This document shows positions 35,893 through 46,143 of a DNA stretch of 64,000 nt, piece by piece (positions within the stretch are counted from its first letter, which is position 1; every line of letters begins with the position of its first letter). Below the pieces are notes generated by a model. It searched no databases and was not told the DNA's origin. It saw only the letters and a program-made list of their open reading frames with translations. The DNA is taken from the IMG/VR virus record IMGVR_UViG_3300042891_001375, one strand, 5' to 3'. Origin of the DNA: an uncultured virus (IMG/VR IMGVR_UViG_3300042891_001375) (taxonomy: Duplodnaviria > Heunggongvirae > Uroviricota > Caudoviricetes). Both the position numbers and the translations under genes were made by a program.

Positions 35893-36773
35893 TCTGCGTC
35901 ATTTCTCAAACACGAGAATATGATATTGTTTGGGATAAGTTTAAAGAAAACGTTTTAGACGTTTTGGATGCAGATCTTGCTCTGTGTATCTCTGTCGATG
36001 ATAACTATGATTACAATAATCCATTCTGGCAAACTGCCAAATACAAATGGACCACTCATGAGTATAGTGACTGGGTAGATTCATTTGAGCATGCACGATT
36101 AACAGAGTTTCCAGAGCATACTGATCGTTGGAAGAATCTTCTATACAATAATGACAGCCAAGCCAATTGGTTGTCGCCAATTAATAATGCTCCAGGTGCA
36201 GGAGCAATTCTCATTTTCTTTCGATGGCTTTTGTTGCATCATTTAAGAAATGACAAAGTTCTAGATCAATATGATAGATTTGTAATTGCAAGATCAGACT
36301 TCATGTATCTTTGTCCGCATCCTCCAATGGAATTAATGGATCCAAAATACGTTTGGGTTCCAGATGGTGAGTATCACGGCGGAGTGACAGATAGGTATGC
36401 AGTACTGTCGCGTCAAAATGTGGAAGGCTACTTATCCATATTGAAACACATTATCACTAATCCAGATTTGATGTATCAGCGAGTGATGATGCACACTTTC
36501 AAGAACCTCGAAGCAGCAGTAAAGAATACTTTAGATATTGAGTTTGGAGAATCTACAAGATATCTTGGCAATTTCCCATACTTCATGTATTCAGTTCGCT
36601 CGAAAGATACATCTACGCGATGGGCTCCAGGATATTGGAACGAACAACTTGGATACTATGTAAAGTATCCAGATGAATTATACATGGCTGAATATTATTC
36701 AGAAATTTTAAAACACAAAGATGATTGGTACACTAAAAAAATAGAGTCTGCAGATTATGAACTCATTGTATAA
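35877..36773 (+). CDS. putative glycosyltransferase-like protein
   Basis: YDRFVIARSDF, GGVTDRYAV; sugar-cluster context. Confidence 0.5.
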   Translation: MEKTLVCVISQTREYDIVWDKFKENVLDVLDADLALCISVDDNYDYNNPFWQTAKYKWTTHEYSDWVDSFEHARLTEFPEHTDRWKNLLYNNDSQANWLSPINNAPGAGAILIFFRWLLLHHLRNDKVLDQYDRFVIARSDFMYLCPHPPMELMDPKYVWVPDGEYHGGVTDRYAVLSRQNVEGYLSILKHIITNPDLMYQRVMMHTFKNLEAAVKNTLDIEFGESTRYLGNFPYFMYSVRSKDTSTRWAPGYWNEQLGYYVKYPDELYMAEYYSEILKHKDDWYTKKIESADYELIV

Positions 36774-37986
36774 AAGTAAATTTTTATCGGATTGTCTTAT
36801 TACTGGCAATCCTGTTCAAAAGATTTTAGATTTTGGTCAGCATTCTTATGCTGATACTTTTATTGCTGAAAATCAACTACACTTATCAGAGCCAGTATTT
36901 CCTTTACAATTGTCTTTAAATCCAGAATCTGGGTTGATTCAATTGGGTTATATGAGTGACGATGAAGAAAGATATAACCTGTACGAATACAGTTATACTT
37001 CCAGTAACTCTAAGATCTCTCGAAAGCATTGGGATGAGTTTGCTGCTCATGCCATCAGCAAATACGGAAACTATCAGTTTGCTGTTGAGATTGGAAGCAA
37101 TGATGGATATTTGATTGGTCAATTTAATAAGAGTGGTAAGAAGATTCTTGGTGTCGATTGCTCAAAGCAAATGTGTGACACTGCGAATGCGAATGGTGTT
37201 CGATCTATTCAAAGAGTCTTTGGTGTTTCAGTCGCAAATGAAGTTTTGAACTCCGATGGCAAGGCTGACATTATTATTGCAAATAATGTCTTCAATCATT
37301 CGAATAATCCATTAGACTTCGCCAAAGCCGTCGCCGCTTTGCTTTCGGATGATGGTGTGTTCATCTTCGAAGTGCCATATTGGTTGATTATGATTCAGAG
37401 TAATCGATTCGTTGATATGGTTTATCATGAACACATCAGTTATTTTACTGTTAAGAGTTGCTTGAATTTACTTAATGCTGCTGGTTTACAAATGGTCGAC
37501 TTTGAGATTGTTGACTATCATGGTGGAAGCCTAAGAGTTGAAGCAAAACTTAAAAGTGACAATCAGAATAAAGAAAAGATTCTAAATGCCATTGAAGAAG
37601 AAACGGCTGCTGGATTATATGATATAGAATTTTATAATCGTTTTCAGAAGAAGTTAGAGTTAGACAGAGCAAATTGGTTAAAGAAATTCTATGAACTTCT
37701 CGAGAATGATCCAGGTGCAGTTGTGATTGGAGTTGGGGCTGCAGCCAAAGCAAACACATGGCTTAATTGGCACAGACTCGATAAAACTCTTTTACATTGC
37801 ATCACTGATGCTTCGAAGTCGAAGCAAGGTAAATATACTCCATTGTCAAGAATACCAATTCGTGGAGATGACGAGTTTTCAAAACATGAACGTCCGTATG
37901 CTTTGATTCTGAGTTGGAATATCAGCGATGAATTAAAGCAAATCCTTCTTAAGATCAACCCCAACATAAGGTTTATTTCCCAATGA
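36757..37986 (+). CDS. NDP-hexose C-methyltransferase (SAM-dependent)
   Basis: VEIGSNDG, ANNVFNH, YHEHISYF, HGGSLR, GAAAKA, KQGKYTP, LILSWN. Confidence 0.85.
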   Translation: MNSLYKSKFLSDCLITGNPVQKILDFGQHSYADTFIAENQLHLSEPVFPLQLSLNPESGLIQLGYMSDDEERYNLYEYSYTSSNSKISRKHWDEFAAHAISKYGNYQFAVEIGSNDGYLIGQFNKSGKKILGVDCSKQMCDTANANGVRSIQRVFGVSVANEVLNSDGKADIIIANNVFNHSNNPLDFAKAVAALLSDDGVFIFEVPYWLIMIQSNRFVDMVYHEHISYFTVKSCLNLLNAAGLQMVDFEIVDYHGGSLRVEAKLKSDNQNKEKILNAIEEETAAGLYDIEFYNRFQKKLELDRANWLKKFYELLENDPGAVVIGVGAAAKANTWLNWHRLDKTLLHCITDASKSKQGKYTPLSRIPIRGDDEFSKHERPYALILSWNISDELKQILLKINPNIRFISQ

Positions 37987-38399
37987 AAGTTTATAACATC
38001 TATAATCATTTAAATGGTAACAAACAAGATAATCTGGGCAGTTTCTCGGATGAACGAGGATCAATTACAGATATCTTCTATCAAAAATCTATGCATCATG
38101 GTTGTATAATTCAAAACAATCCAGGTGCCGTGAGAGGCAATCACTATCATAACCAAACAATTCAATATACGTTTATTCTGTCTGGTTCATTGCGATATTA
38201 TGCTTCAAATTTAGACAGAACTGAATTGGTTACGCATGATGCGATTCCTGGTGATTTCATCGTTAGTGGACCACAAGAAATTCATGCGATGAAAGCAGGA
38301 TCAGAGGGCTGTGTGTTTATTGCATTCGCTGAAGGTCCACGTGGCGGCGAAGATTATGAGAAAGATACAGTTCGAGTAGATTCGATTGTCAATGACTAA
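37983..38399 (+). CDS. cupin-fold sugar isomerase/epimerase (FdtA/WxcM- or RmlC-like)
   Basis: DERGSI, VRGNHYH, EIHAM. Confidence 0.72.
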   Translation: MKVYNIYNHLNGNKQDNLGSFSDERGSITDIFYQKSMHHGCIIQNNPGAVRGNHYHNQTIQYTFILSGSLRYYASNLDRTELVTHDAIPGDFIVSGPQEIHAMKAGSEGCVFIAFAEGPRGGEDYEKDTVRVDSIVND

Positions 38400-38988
38400 A
38401 ATTGCTGTTGTCATTGGCAGTACTGGTGGAATTGGTGCAGCGGTTTGTCAAGGTCTAAAAGAACATTACATCGTTGTTCATGTAGATAGAACAACAATTG
38501 ATTTCAATAAATCAGATTGTTATGAGTTATTGAATAGCCTTTTGGTATCTCAAAATCCTGATCTGATTGTAAATTGCTCAGGGCATTATACAGACAATTC
38601 TGAAAAGCACTACGACACAATGAATGTTAATCTTGGATCTAATTGGTCAATCATCAAGCACTACATCGAAAATAAACCAGCAAAAAAGATTAAACTGATC
38701 ATGATTGGTTCAAGTGCCTATCGTGAAGGTCGTAAGATGTATATGATGTATGCAGCAAGTAAGGCAGCATTGTACAACTTATGGTTAAGTGCTTGTGAGT
38801 ATTTTGACAATAGTAATCTTTCTATTGTTCTAATTAATCCTGTTAAAACAAAAACTAAAATGATGAATCCAACGGCAACTAGATATATTATGCCCGAGGA
38901 TGTTGCTAGTTCTGTTCTAGAGCATTCATTTGGTAATGATAATAAATGCATAGACATGTCATATTATAAGGAGTTGCGAAATGATTAA
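38392..38988 (+). CDS. short-chain dehydrogenase/reductase
   Basis: GSTGGIG, YAASKAA. Confidence 0.85.
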   Translation: MTKIAVVIGSTGGIGAAVCQGLKEHYIVVHVDRTTIDFNKSDCYELLNSLLVSQNPDLIVNCSGHYTDNSEKHYDTMNVNLGSNWSIIKHYIENKPAKKIKLIMIGSSAYREGRKMYMMYAASKAALYNLWLSACEYFDNSNLSIVLINPVKTKTKMMNPTATRYIMPEDVASSVLEHSFGNDNKCIDMSYYKELRND

Positions 38989-39760
38989 AGTTGGTGTAAT
39001 TGGAAAGGGAGTTGTCGGTTCAGCCGTTTATGACGGATTGATTCATCTTGGACACAAAATGAGTTTCTTCGATGTTAAGCACGAAGGATCTAAAATTGAA
39101 GACGTTTTAGATACTGATTGTGCTTTCGTTTGTGTTCCAACTGATCAATTGCCAAACGGTGATTGCGATACAAGCATCGTAGAGAAAGTCGTATCAGAGT
39201 TAAACGAAAGAAATTATTCTGGTCTTGTTGCAATTAAAAGCACAGTCACACCAGGAACATCTGAAAGTCTCTCAAGAAAATTTCCTAATTTAAAAATCTG
39301 CAGCGTTCCAGAGTTTCTTCGTGCACGCTCTGCTCTTGCTGACTTTATGTACAACCATGACCTTCTGGTTATTGGAAGTCATAGACAAGAGGACTTTGAT
39401 TTGGTGAAGCAGATTCATGGAAGATTGCCTCGTCAGGTTTCTTGTATCAAACCAACAGAAGCAGAAATTGTCAAATACTTTAACAATGTAAATCACAGCG
39501 TTCAGATTATTTTTGCCAATATCTTCTACGAAGTTTGTAAGAAACTTGACGCCGATTATGATAACGTATATACTACCATTATCAAACGTGATTGTTTCAA
39601 TCCAGCGTATCTGATGTGTAATGAAAATCTCAGAGGATTTGGTGGACACTGTTTGCCGAAAGACACATCAGCATGGGCAAGTCTAATGAACAAATTAGAT
39701 TTAGATTACACAACAATTCAATCTGTGCTTTCTGATAATGAGAAGATAAAGAATGGCTAA
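38981..39760 (+). CDS. UDP-glucose/GDP-mannose dehydrogenase family
   Basis: GKGVVG, CVPT, KSTVTPGT, PEFLR, GFGGHCLPKD. Confidence 0.9.
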   Translation: MIKVGVIGKGVVGSAVYDGLIHLGHKMSFFDVKHEGSKIEDVLDTDCAFVCVPTDQLPNGDCDTSIVEKVVSELNERNYSGLVAIKSTVTPGTSESLSRKFPNLKICSVPEFLRARSALADFMYNHDLLVIGSHRQEDFDLVKQIHGRLPRQVSCIKPTEAEIVKYFNNVNHSVQIIFANIFYEVCKKLDADYDNVYTTIIKRDCFNPAYLMCNENLRGFGGHCLPKDTSAWASLMNKLDLDYTTIQSVLSDNEKIKNG

Positions 39761-40640
39761 AATTTTAGTGACTGGTGCAAGTGGTCTATTGGGAACTGAA
39801 TTTTGCACTCAACTTAAAGATGCGGATAATTATGTTTGGGCGATTGATAATCACTCTCGCTCAAGCACGATTCCTCCGTGTGACGTTTGGGTGAGTCAGG
39901 ATCTAAATGATCCTAGAACATTTGAGACATTGCCAACTGATTTTGATTACATCTATCATTATGGCGCAATCAACGGAACAACAAACTTCTACAAGTATCC
40001 AAATAAAGTTTTGACAAATAATTTTATTTGTGATATCAATGTGTTTAATTTTGCGAGTCAGTGCGAGAAATTAAAGAATCTCGTTTATGCATCTAGCAGC
40101 GAAATCGTTGCTGATGATCCAGCCTCACCTGTTCCAGAGAATGCAGATGTCTTAATTAAGAACATCCATAATCCTCGATGGAGTTATCGACTCGCTAAGA
40201 TCACAAGCGAAAACTTTTTGACAAATAGTAACTTACCATGGTTGATCCTTCGATACTTTAATGTGTATGGAAAGAATAGTAAACAGGGTCACTTTCTCGG
40301 CGATCAAATCAATAAGATCCAGAATGGAACATTTAGTGTAATCGGAGCAAATGAGACGAGATCGTTTTGCTACGTTTCAGATGCAATTTCTGCCAGCATT
40401 CATGTTGCGCAAACTGTTTCGAAAGAAGTCATCAATATTGGTAATGATGCTGAAGTCAGAATTGGCGATGCTGTAAAGATTATTGCGAAACATCTTGGTT
40501 ACCCAGATGCAGTATTTGAAGAGTTGCCGAGCGTCCAAGGTTCAGTGGCGAATAGAAGACCAGACATAAGCAAACTTCGAAAGTATATGCCAAGTTATAA
40601 TCCGATATCCTTCGATGAAGGCGTGGAGAAAATTGTATGA
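39753..40640 (+). CDS. NAD-dependent epimerase/dehydratase
   Basis: TGASGLLG, ASSSE, YRLAK, RYFNVYG, RSFCYVSD. Confidence 0.9.
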   Translation: MAKILVTGASGLLGTEFCTQLKDADNYVWAIDNHSRSSTIPPCDVWVSQDLNDPRTFETLPTDFDYIYHYGAINGTTNFYKYPNKVLTNNFICDINVFNFASQCEKLKNLVYASSSEIVADDPASPVPENADVLIKNIHNPRWSYRLAKITSENFLTNSNLPWLILRYFNVYGKNSKQGHFLGDQINKIQNGTFSVIGANETRSFCYVSDAISASIHVAQTVSKEVINIGNDAEVRIGDAVKIIAKHLGYPDAVFEELPSVQGSVANRRPDISKLRKYMPSYNPISFDEGVEKIV

Positions 40641-41314
40641 GCCCATGTATTGCGACTATTTTCATGAAGAACATTGATCCTGTTTTATTGGATCATCAAA
40701 AAAGAGTTGTTGCTAAATTTAACAAATCGAATATTCCACACTATCACATATTGACTGAAGCACCTCCTGGTTATACCATGGATAAGTTAATTGATATGTT
40801 GGAAGAAAGAAGTCATGATGCAATTATGTTTCTTGATATTGATGCTGTGCCATTAAACGACACTGTCATTGATCACTTTTTCGAGCAAGCATATGCTGGT
40901 AAGGTTATTGGATCTGCTCAAAGAAGCAATCATATCGAAAACAAACAACATGTCTTTGCTGCTCCACATAATGTCACATTTACAATTGAAACATATCGTA
41001 AGTGCAAGAATCCATCTTTCAATCCAAACTATCGTGGTGATGTTGCAGAAGAATTGACTTTTGCTGCTGAAGAGAATAATATTCCTGTAGAGATTCTAAT
41101 GCCGTTGCGATATGATGCTCCACCAATTCGTATGGATTGGGAACCAAAAGATGCACCACCGTATTGGGATCTTGCTGATGGCATGCCAAAGTATGGTATT
41201 GGCACAACATTTGGCACAGAAGGAAATGAAATGTTCTGGCATATGTACCAAAGTTTTTATCCAGGACAAAAAGAAAGATTTATTAAAAAATGTGAGGAAA
41301 TTCTGAATGGCTAA
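40637..41314 (+). CDS. putative glycosyltransferase (DxD)
   Basis: MFLDIDAVPL; sugar-cluster context. Confidence 0.5.
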   Translation: MSPCIATIFMKNIDPVLLDHQKRVVAKFNKSNIPHYHILTEAPPGYTMDKLIDMLEERSHDAIMFLDIDAVPLNDTVIDHFFEQAYAGKVIGSAQRSNHIENKQHVFAAPHNVTFTIETYRKCKNPSFNPNYRGDVAEELTFAAEENNIPVEILMPLRYDAPPIRMDWEPKDAPPYWDLADGMPKYGIGTTFGTEGNEMFWHMYQSFYPGQKERFIKKCEEILNG

Positions 41315-41513
41315 TCGTAGTGATTTTTTCAATGCTAAACTTCCACGTACTCTGAAGCGTGCCCTTGCTATGGCTGAGACTTATGGTTGGGTCAAAGATG
41401 CGCATGAGCGTGGTGATCTTCGAAGATCAATGATTGCTGCTCATGCTAATCATGTTGGCTTTAAAATGAAGCGTCACAATACTGAAAATCGTGACGCTGG
41501 TGACAGCGAATAA
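41307..41513 (+). CDS. hypothetical protein
   Basis: Coupled ORF with SD. Confidence 0.6.
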   Translation: MANRSDFFNAKLPRTLKRALAMAETYGWVKDAHERGDLRRSMIAAHANHVGFKMKRHNTENRDAGDSE

Positions 41514-41764
41514 TGAACTCGTTATCCGAACTCAAAGAATTATTGATCAGTAAAGAAATTGAGATCAAAGAATTCAATGGGTGGTCATTGAAGGTTGGTA
41601 AAGACACTTGGGTTATGGACCACGGTCTGTTGTATAGAAATGGTGTGCCTCAAAGCCTGAGAGAAAAGAATATTTTTGACAATTACAAAAGGAAGAAACA
41701 AGATGACAATATCAGCACTCAAACTCGTAAGTGGCGAGGAATTAGTAGTAGAAATTACAAGTGA
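41513..41764 (+). CDS. hypothetical protein
   Basis: TAATG coupling. Confidence 0.5.
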   Translation: MNSLSELKELLISKEIEIKEFNGWSLKVGKDTWVMDHGLLYRNGVPQSLREKNIFDNYKRKKQDDNISTQTRKWRGISSRNYK

Positions 41765-42002
41765 AGAAGGTGATCTTGTAACATTCAAGAATCCTGTTGC
41801 TTCCGTTTTGCAAAGATCGCAACAAAATGGTGGTGCTGCTCTTGGTTTTATGCCATGGATGCACGCTGCTGATGGTCCATTTACAGTACACAAAGACAAG
41901 ATCATTTGTGTTGCAAATGTTGCCGAGGAAGTGAAAAACGGGTATAATCAAATCTTCGGGGCAGGAATTGTAGTGCCTCCAAAAGATTTAATCTTGGGGT
42001 GA
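41703..42002 (+). CDS. conserved T4-like hypothetical protein (Sm-like)
   Basis: LKLVSGEELV...LGFMPW...YNQIFG.GIVVP. Confidence 0.7.
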   Translation: MTISALKLVSGEELVVEITSEEGDLVTFKNPVASVLQRSQQNGGAALGFMPWMHAADGPFTVHKDKIICVANVAEEVKNGYNQIFGAGIVVPPKDLILG

Positions 42003-42003
42003 T

Positions 42004-44544
42004 ATGTCCGATTTTTATACCAATGTCAGCGTCTCTGGTCGATTTATTCTTCTGAGAGGCGTTGAGAATGATAAGAGGGTCAGACGGAAGGTTGAATTCC
42101 GTCCGACCTTTTTTCTTTCCAGCCAAGAGAAATCGGAATACAAAACTCTTGCTGGTGATTATGTCAAACCCATTCAGCCTGGAACAATTCCAGAATGTCG
42201 TGAATTTTTAGAGAGGTACGAGAGTGTCGACAATTTTCCTATTTTTGGGAATAATCGCTATGAGTATGCTTATATTGCTGATGAGTATCCTGACGATATT
42301 CTTTGGGATGTCAGTAAAATACTTATTGCCTATCTTGATATCGAAGTTGGATCCGAAAATGGATTTCCTGAACCAAGAGATGCAAATGAAGCAATCACAG
42401 CAATCAGCATCAAAGTTAAGGGTAATTATTTTGTGTTTGGTTGTGGCGATTATGTCAAGCATCGTGACGACGTGCACTATGCAAAGTGTCGAGATGAGTC
42501 AGACCTCATACGACGCTTCCTCGACCTATGGAGCCGATGGCATCCAGATGTAGTCACTGGCTGGAACGTCGAGCAATTCGATATTCCATATCTTGCAAAT
42601 CGCATCACCAAGATTCTTGGTGAAGATGAAGCCAAGAAACTCTCACCGTGGAATCGTATTAGCAAACGCGAAACGGTGATGATGAATCGTCCAGTGCAGT
42701 TCTATGATATTTCTGGAATTGCCATTCTTGACTACATTCAACTCTATCGCAAGTTCACTTATTCACAGCAAGAGTCTTATCGCCTTGATAACATTGCTCA
42801 CGTTGAGTTGGGCGAAAAGAAATTAGATTATTCAGAGTTCGAAACTCTGCATCAACTCTACAAACATGACTATCAAAAGTTCATTGAGTATAACATCAAG
42901 GACGTAGAACTTGTTGAGAAACTCGAAGATAAGATGAAGTTGATTGAGTTGGCTTTGACTCTTGCGTATGATAACAAAGTAAACTACGACGATGTGTTCA
43001 CTCAAGTCCGTATGTGGGATGCGATTGTGTACAACTATTTGTTACGCAAGAAGATTGTCATTCCGCAGATGTCGCGCAGCACAAAGAGTTCACAATACGA
43101 AGGTGCGTATGTCAAAGATCCTATTTGTGGCATGCATGAATGGGTTGCATCATTCGACTTGAACAGTCTGTATCCGCACTTGATCATGCAGTATAACATC
43201 TCAATGGAAACTTTGATTGAGCCAAAGTTATACAATGATAACATGCGTGGCTTTATCAGCAACTGTAACATCAACGTTGATAATCTACTCAATCAAGAAG
43301 TTGATACGAGCATTCTAAAAGATCTTGGTGTTACGGTAACTCCGAATGGTCAGTTGTTCCGCACTCAAGAGCAGGGTGTTCTACCTGAGATTATGGATAG
43401 CATGTATAAAGATCGCACACGCTATAAGAAATTGGCTCTTGAGGCAAAGAAGAAAATCGAAACTGTTCTTGAAGATAAGAATCAAGTGAACTATCTCGAG
43501 AAACAAGTTGCGCGATATAATAACCTGCAGTTGGCAAAGAAAGTTACTTTAAACTCTGCTTACGGTGCGCTGGGTAATCAATACTTCCGCTTCTTTGATA
43601 TTCGTATCGCTGAAGGCATCACGACAGCAGGTCAGTTGTCTATTCGTTGGATTGAAAAGAAGATCAACGAGTACATGAACAAACTGTTGAAAACCGAAGG
43701 CGAAGATTATGTTATCGCCTCTGATACTGACTCGATTTATTTGAACATGGGTCCGTTAATCAAGAAACTTTATCCTGATACTTCTGACACCAAGAAAGTG
43801 ATCAAGTTCATGAATAAGGTTTGCGATGATAAGATTCAGCCGTTCATTGATGCATCGTATGAGGAACTGAAAGAATATGTCAACGCATTCCAGCAGCGTA
43901 TGGAAATGAAGCGTGAGTCTTTGGCTGACAAAGCAATCTGGACTGCGAAAAAGCGATATATTCTCAACGTGCATGATAGCGAAGGTGTTGCGTATGCGAA
44001 ACCTAAACTTAAGATCATGGGTCTTGAGGCTGTCAAGTCTTCAACACCATCTGCTTGTCGCATAAAGATTAAAGAGGCAATCAATATTGTCATGACGCAA
44101 ACTGAAGATGATCTTCACAAGTTCATTGAAAAGTTCCGTCATGAATTTAAGACATTGCCTGTTGAGGATATCGCATTCCCAAGATCTGTGAATGGTCTGA
44201 AAGAATATGCTGACTCGGCGAACATCTTCAAGAAGGGAACACCGATTCATGTTAAGGGTGCTTTGGTTTACAATCACTTGCTGAGAGAAATGAAACTCAA
44301 CAAACGCTATCAAGAAATCCAAGAAGGCGAGAAGATTAAGTTCATCTATTTGAAGCAACCAAACATCTACAATAATAATACTCTTGCATTCTTGTCTGGT
44401 ATTCCCAAGCAATTGGATGCAGAGCAATATATCGATTATGATTTGCAGTTTGAGAAATCATTCCTCGAACCACTCGATATTATTCTTTCTTCTATCAATT
44501 GGCAATCTGAAAAGGTTGAATCTCTGGATTGCTTTTTCAATTGA
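42004..44544 (+). CDS. 43: family B DNA polymerase gp43
   Basis: DIEV exonuclease I, SFDLNSLYP, KVTLNSAYG, SDTDS; uninterrupted. Confidence 0.98.
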   Translation: MSDFYTNVSVSGRFILLRGVENDKRVRRKVEFRPTFFLSSQEKSEYKTLAGDYVKPIQPGTIPECREFLERYESVDNFPIFGNNRYEYAYIADEYPDDILWDVSKILIAYLDIEVGSENGFPEPRDANEAITAISIKVKGNYFVFGCGDYVKHRDDVHYAKCRDESDLIRRFLDLWSRWHPDVVTGWNVEQFDIPYLANRITKILGEDEAKKLSPWNRISKRETVMMNRPVQFYDISGIAILDYIQLYRKFTYSQQESYRLDNIAHVELGEKKLDYSEFETLHQLYKHDYQKFIEYNIKDVELVEKLEDKMKLIELALTLAYDNKVNYDDVFTQVRMWDAIVYNYLLRKKIVIPQMSRSTKSSQYEGAYVKDPICGMHEWVASFDLNSLYPHLIMQYNISMETLIEPKLYNDNMRGFISNCNINVDNLLNQEVDTSILKDLGVTVTPNGQLFRTQEQGVLPEIMDSMYKDRTRYKKLALEAKKKIETVLEDKNQVNYLEKQVARYNNLQLAKKVTLNSAYGALGNQYFRFFDIRIAEGITTAGQLSIRWIEKKINEYMNKLLKTEGEDYVIASDTDSIYLNMGPLIKKLYPDTSDTKKVIKFMNKVCDDKIQPFIDASYEELKEYVNAFQQRMEMKRESLADKAIWTAKKRYILNVHDSEGVAYAKPKLKIMGLEAVKSSTPSACRIKIKEAINIVMTQTEDDLHKFIEKFRHEFKTLPVEDIAFPRSVNGLKEYADSANIFKKGTPIHVKGALVYNHLLREMKLNKRYQEIQEGEKIKFIYLKQPNIYNNNTLAFLSGIPKQLDAEQYIDYDLQFEKSFLEPLDIILSSINWQSEKVESLDCFFN

Positions 44545-44557
44545 AATAGTTTATAAT
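44529..44557 (+). promoter_or_regulatory. sigma70-like promoter for uvsX
   Basis: TTGCTT-17-TATAAT. Confidence 0.65.
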
Positions 44558-44585
44558 ACAAATATCCCAAAACGGAGACATACCA

Positions 44586-45644
44586 ATGAGTCTACTCGAA
44601 AAATTAAAAAAGAATACCACTATTAAAGATACTGCTATTCTTACCAAATCTAAATTCTTTGCTGCAAAGGATATGATTCAAACGACAATTCCAGTTGTCA
44701 ATGTCGCTTTCTCTGGTGATCTTGACGGTGGTTTTACTCCTGGTCTCACAATGTGGGCTGGTCCGTCGAAGCACTTCAAGACTGCATTCAGTCTCTTGAT
44801 GGCAAAAGCATATCAAGACAAGTATCCTGATTCTGTTGTTCTATTCTATGACTCAGAGTTTGGTACTCCACAAAACTATTTCACTTCGTTTGGTATTGAT
44901 ACCGATCGCGTTGTTCATACTCCAATCACGGACGTTGAGCAATTGAAGTTTGACATTATGCAACAGTTGACTCAGATTGAGCGTGGCGAGCGTGTGATGA
45001 TCGTCATTGACTCAATTGGTAACTTGGCTTCGAAGAAAGAAGTTGAAGATGCGTTGGATGGTAAGTCAGTCGCTGACATGAGCCGCGCAAAGCAAATAAA
45101 ATCCCTGTTCCGTATGGTGACACCACACCTCACCCTAAAAGACATTCCCATGGTTGTAGTAAATCATACCTATAAGGAAATAGGTCTGTATCCCAAGGAT
45201 ATTGTCGGTGGCGGAACAGGTTCCTATTATTCTGCTGATAATATATACATTCTTGGACGACAGCAGGAAAAAGATGGACAGGATCTTATTGGCTATAATT
45301 TCATTATCAACGTCGAAAAGTCTCGCTATGTACGTGAGAAGGCTCGTATTCCTGTCACTGTTCGTTTTGATGGCGGCATTAGCAAGTACAGTGGGCTTCT
45401 TGATATGGCTCTTGAGTCTGGTCATGTCGTAAAACCAAACGTTGGTTGGTACGCTAAAGTCAATCGCACAACTGGTGAGATTGAAAACAAGAAGTGGCGA
45501 ATGGCTGACACTGAATCACCTGAGTTCTGGGATAGTATTCTTTCTGATGAATCATTCAAGGATTGGGTGCGCAACAACTATCAATTCAGTTCAGCAGTCG
45601 CTGGTAATCTATCTGATGAGTTAGAAGAGTCGGAAGATGATTGA
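44586..45644 (+). CDS. uvsX: RecA-like recombinase UvsX
   Basis: AGPSKHFKT, YDSEFG, IDSIGNLASKKE. Confidence 0.96.
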   Translation: MSLLEKLKKNTTIKDTAILTKSKFFAAKDMIQTTIPVVNVAFSGDLDGGFTPGLTMWAGPSKHFKTAFSLLMAKAYQDKYPDSVVLFYDSEFGTPQNYFTSFGIDTDRVVHTPITDVEQLKFDIMQQLTQIERGERVMIVIDSIGNLASKKEVEDALDGKSVADMSRAKQIKSLFRMVTPHLTLKDIPMVVVNHTYKEIGLYPKDIVGGGTGSYYSADNIYILGRQQEKDGQDLIGYNFIINVEKSRYVREKARIPVTVRFDGGISKYSGLLDMALESGHVVKPNVGWYAKVNRTTGEIENKKWRMADTESPEFWDSILSDESFKDWVRNNYQFSSAVAGNLSDELEESEDD

Positions 45645-46143
45645 GAATCTAATCGCTAAACTACAATTTTGGTACGTCAAACAATTCTACAAAATTGAAA
45701 AGCAATATACTTTCTTCGTGGACCTCAATGGTCCACCTGGAAGTTTTGCTGTCAAATTCTTGGGAAAATATGATGGCGTGATCGTTGAGTTCACTGATGT
45801 GAAAGTTGGCGATAATGGTTTGATGACGTTTGATTATGATGTTATCTCGAATGTAAACAATGCAAATGTAAAGAGCAAATCATTTGATCGATTTACTTCT
45901 AACGTGATGCGTAGTATACTTCTGAGTGCTATTGACAATGCGATGAAGGAAGGCAATGAAAACAGAAACACTGATCTTGTCGAATCTGATGCGGAACGAG
46001 TCTTTCATGAGGAAGACTCTACCATTCTTGAAGAAAGAGTATCTGAGCGAAAGCCACGAAAGAAAACTATTCGAGGAAATAAAAGAATTCGTTCTGAAGT
46101 ACAACAGTCTGCCGCCGACAGCAGCGGTGGAGATCAGCCTTAA
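45637..46143 (+). CDS. hypothetical protein (3' end overlaps gp41)
   Basis: Between uvsX and gp41; GKYDGVIVEF..V....MTFDYDV. Confidence 0.55.
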   Translation: MIENLIAKLQFWYVKQFYKIEKQYTFFVDLNGPPGSFAVKFLGKYDGVIVEFTDVKVGDNGLMTFDYDVISNVNNANVKSKSFDRFTSNVMRSILLSAIDNAMKEGNENRNTDLVESDAERVFHEEDSTILEERVSERKPRKKTIRGNKRIRSEVQQSAADSSGGDQP

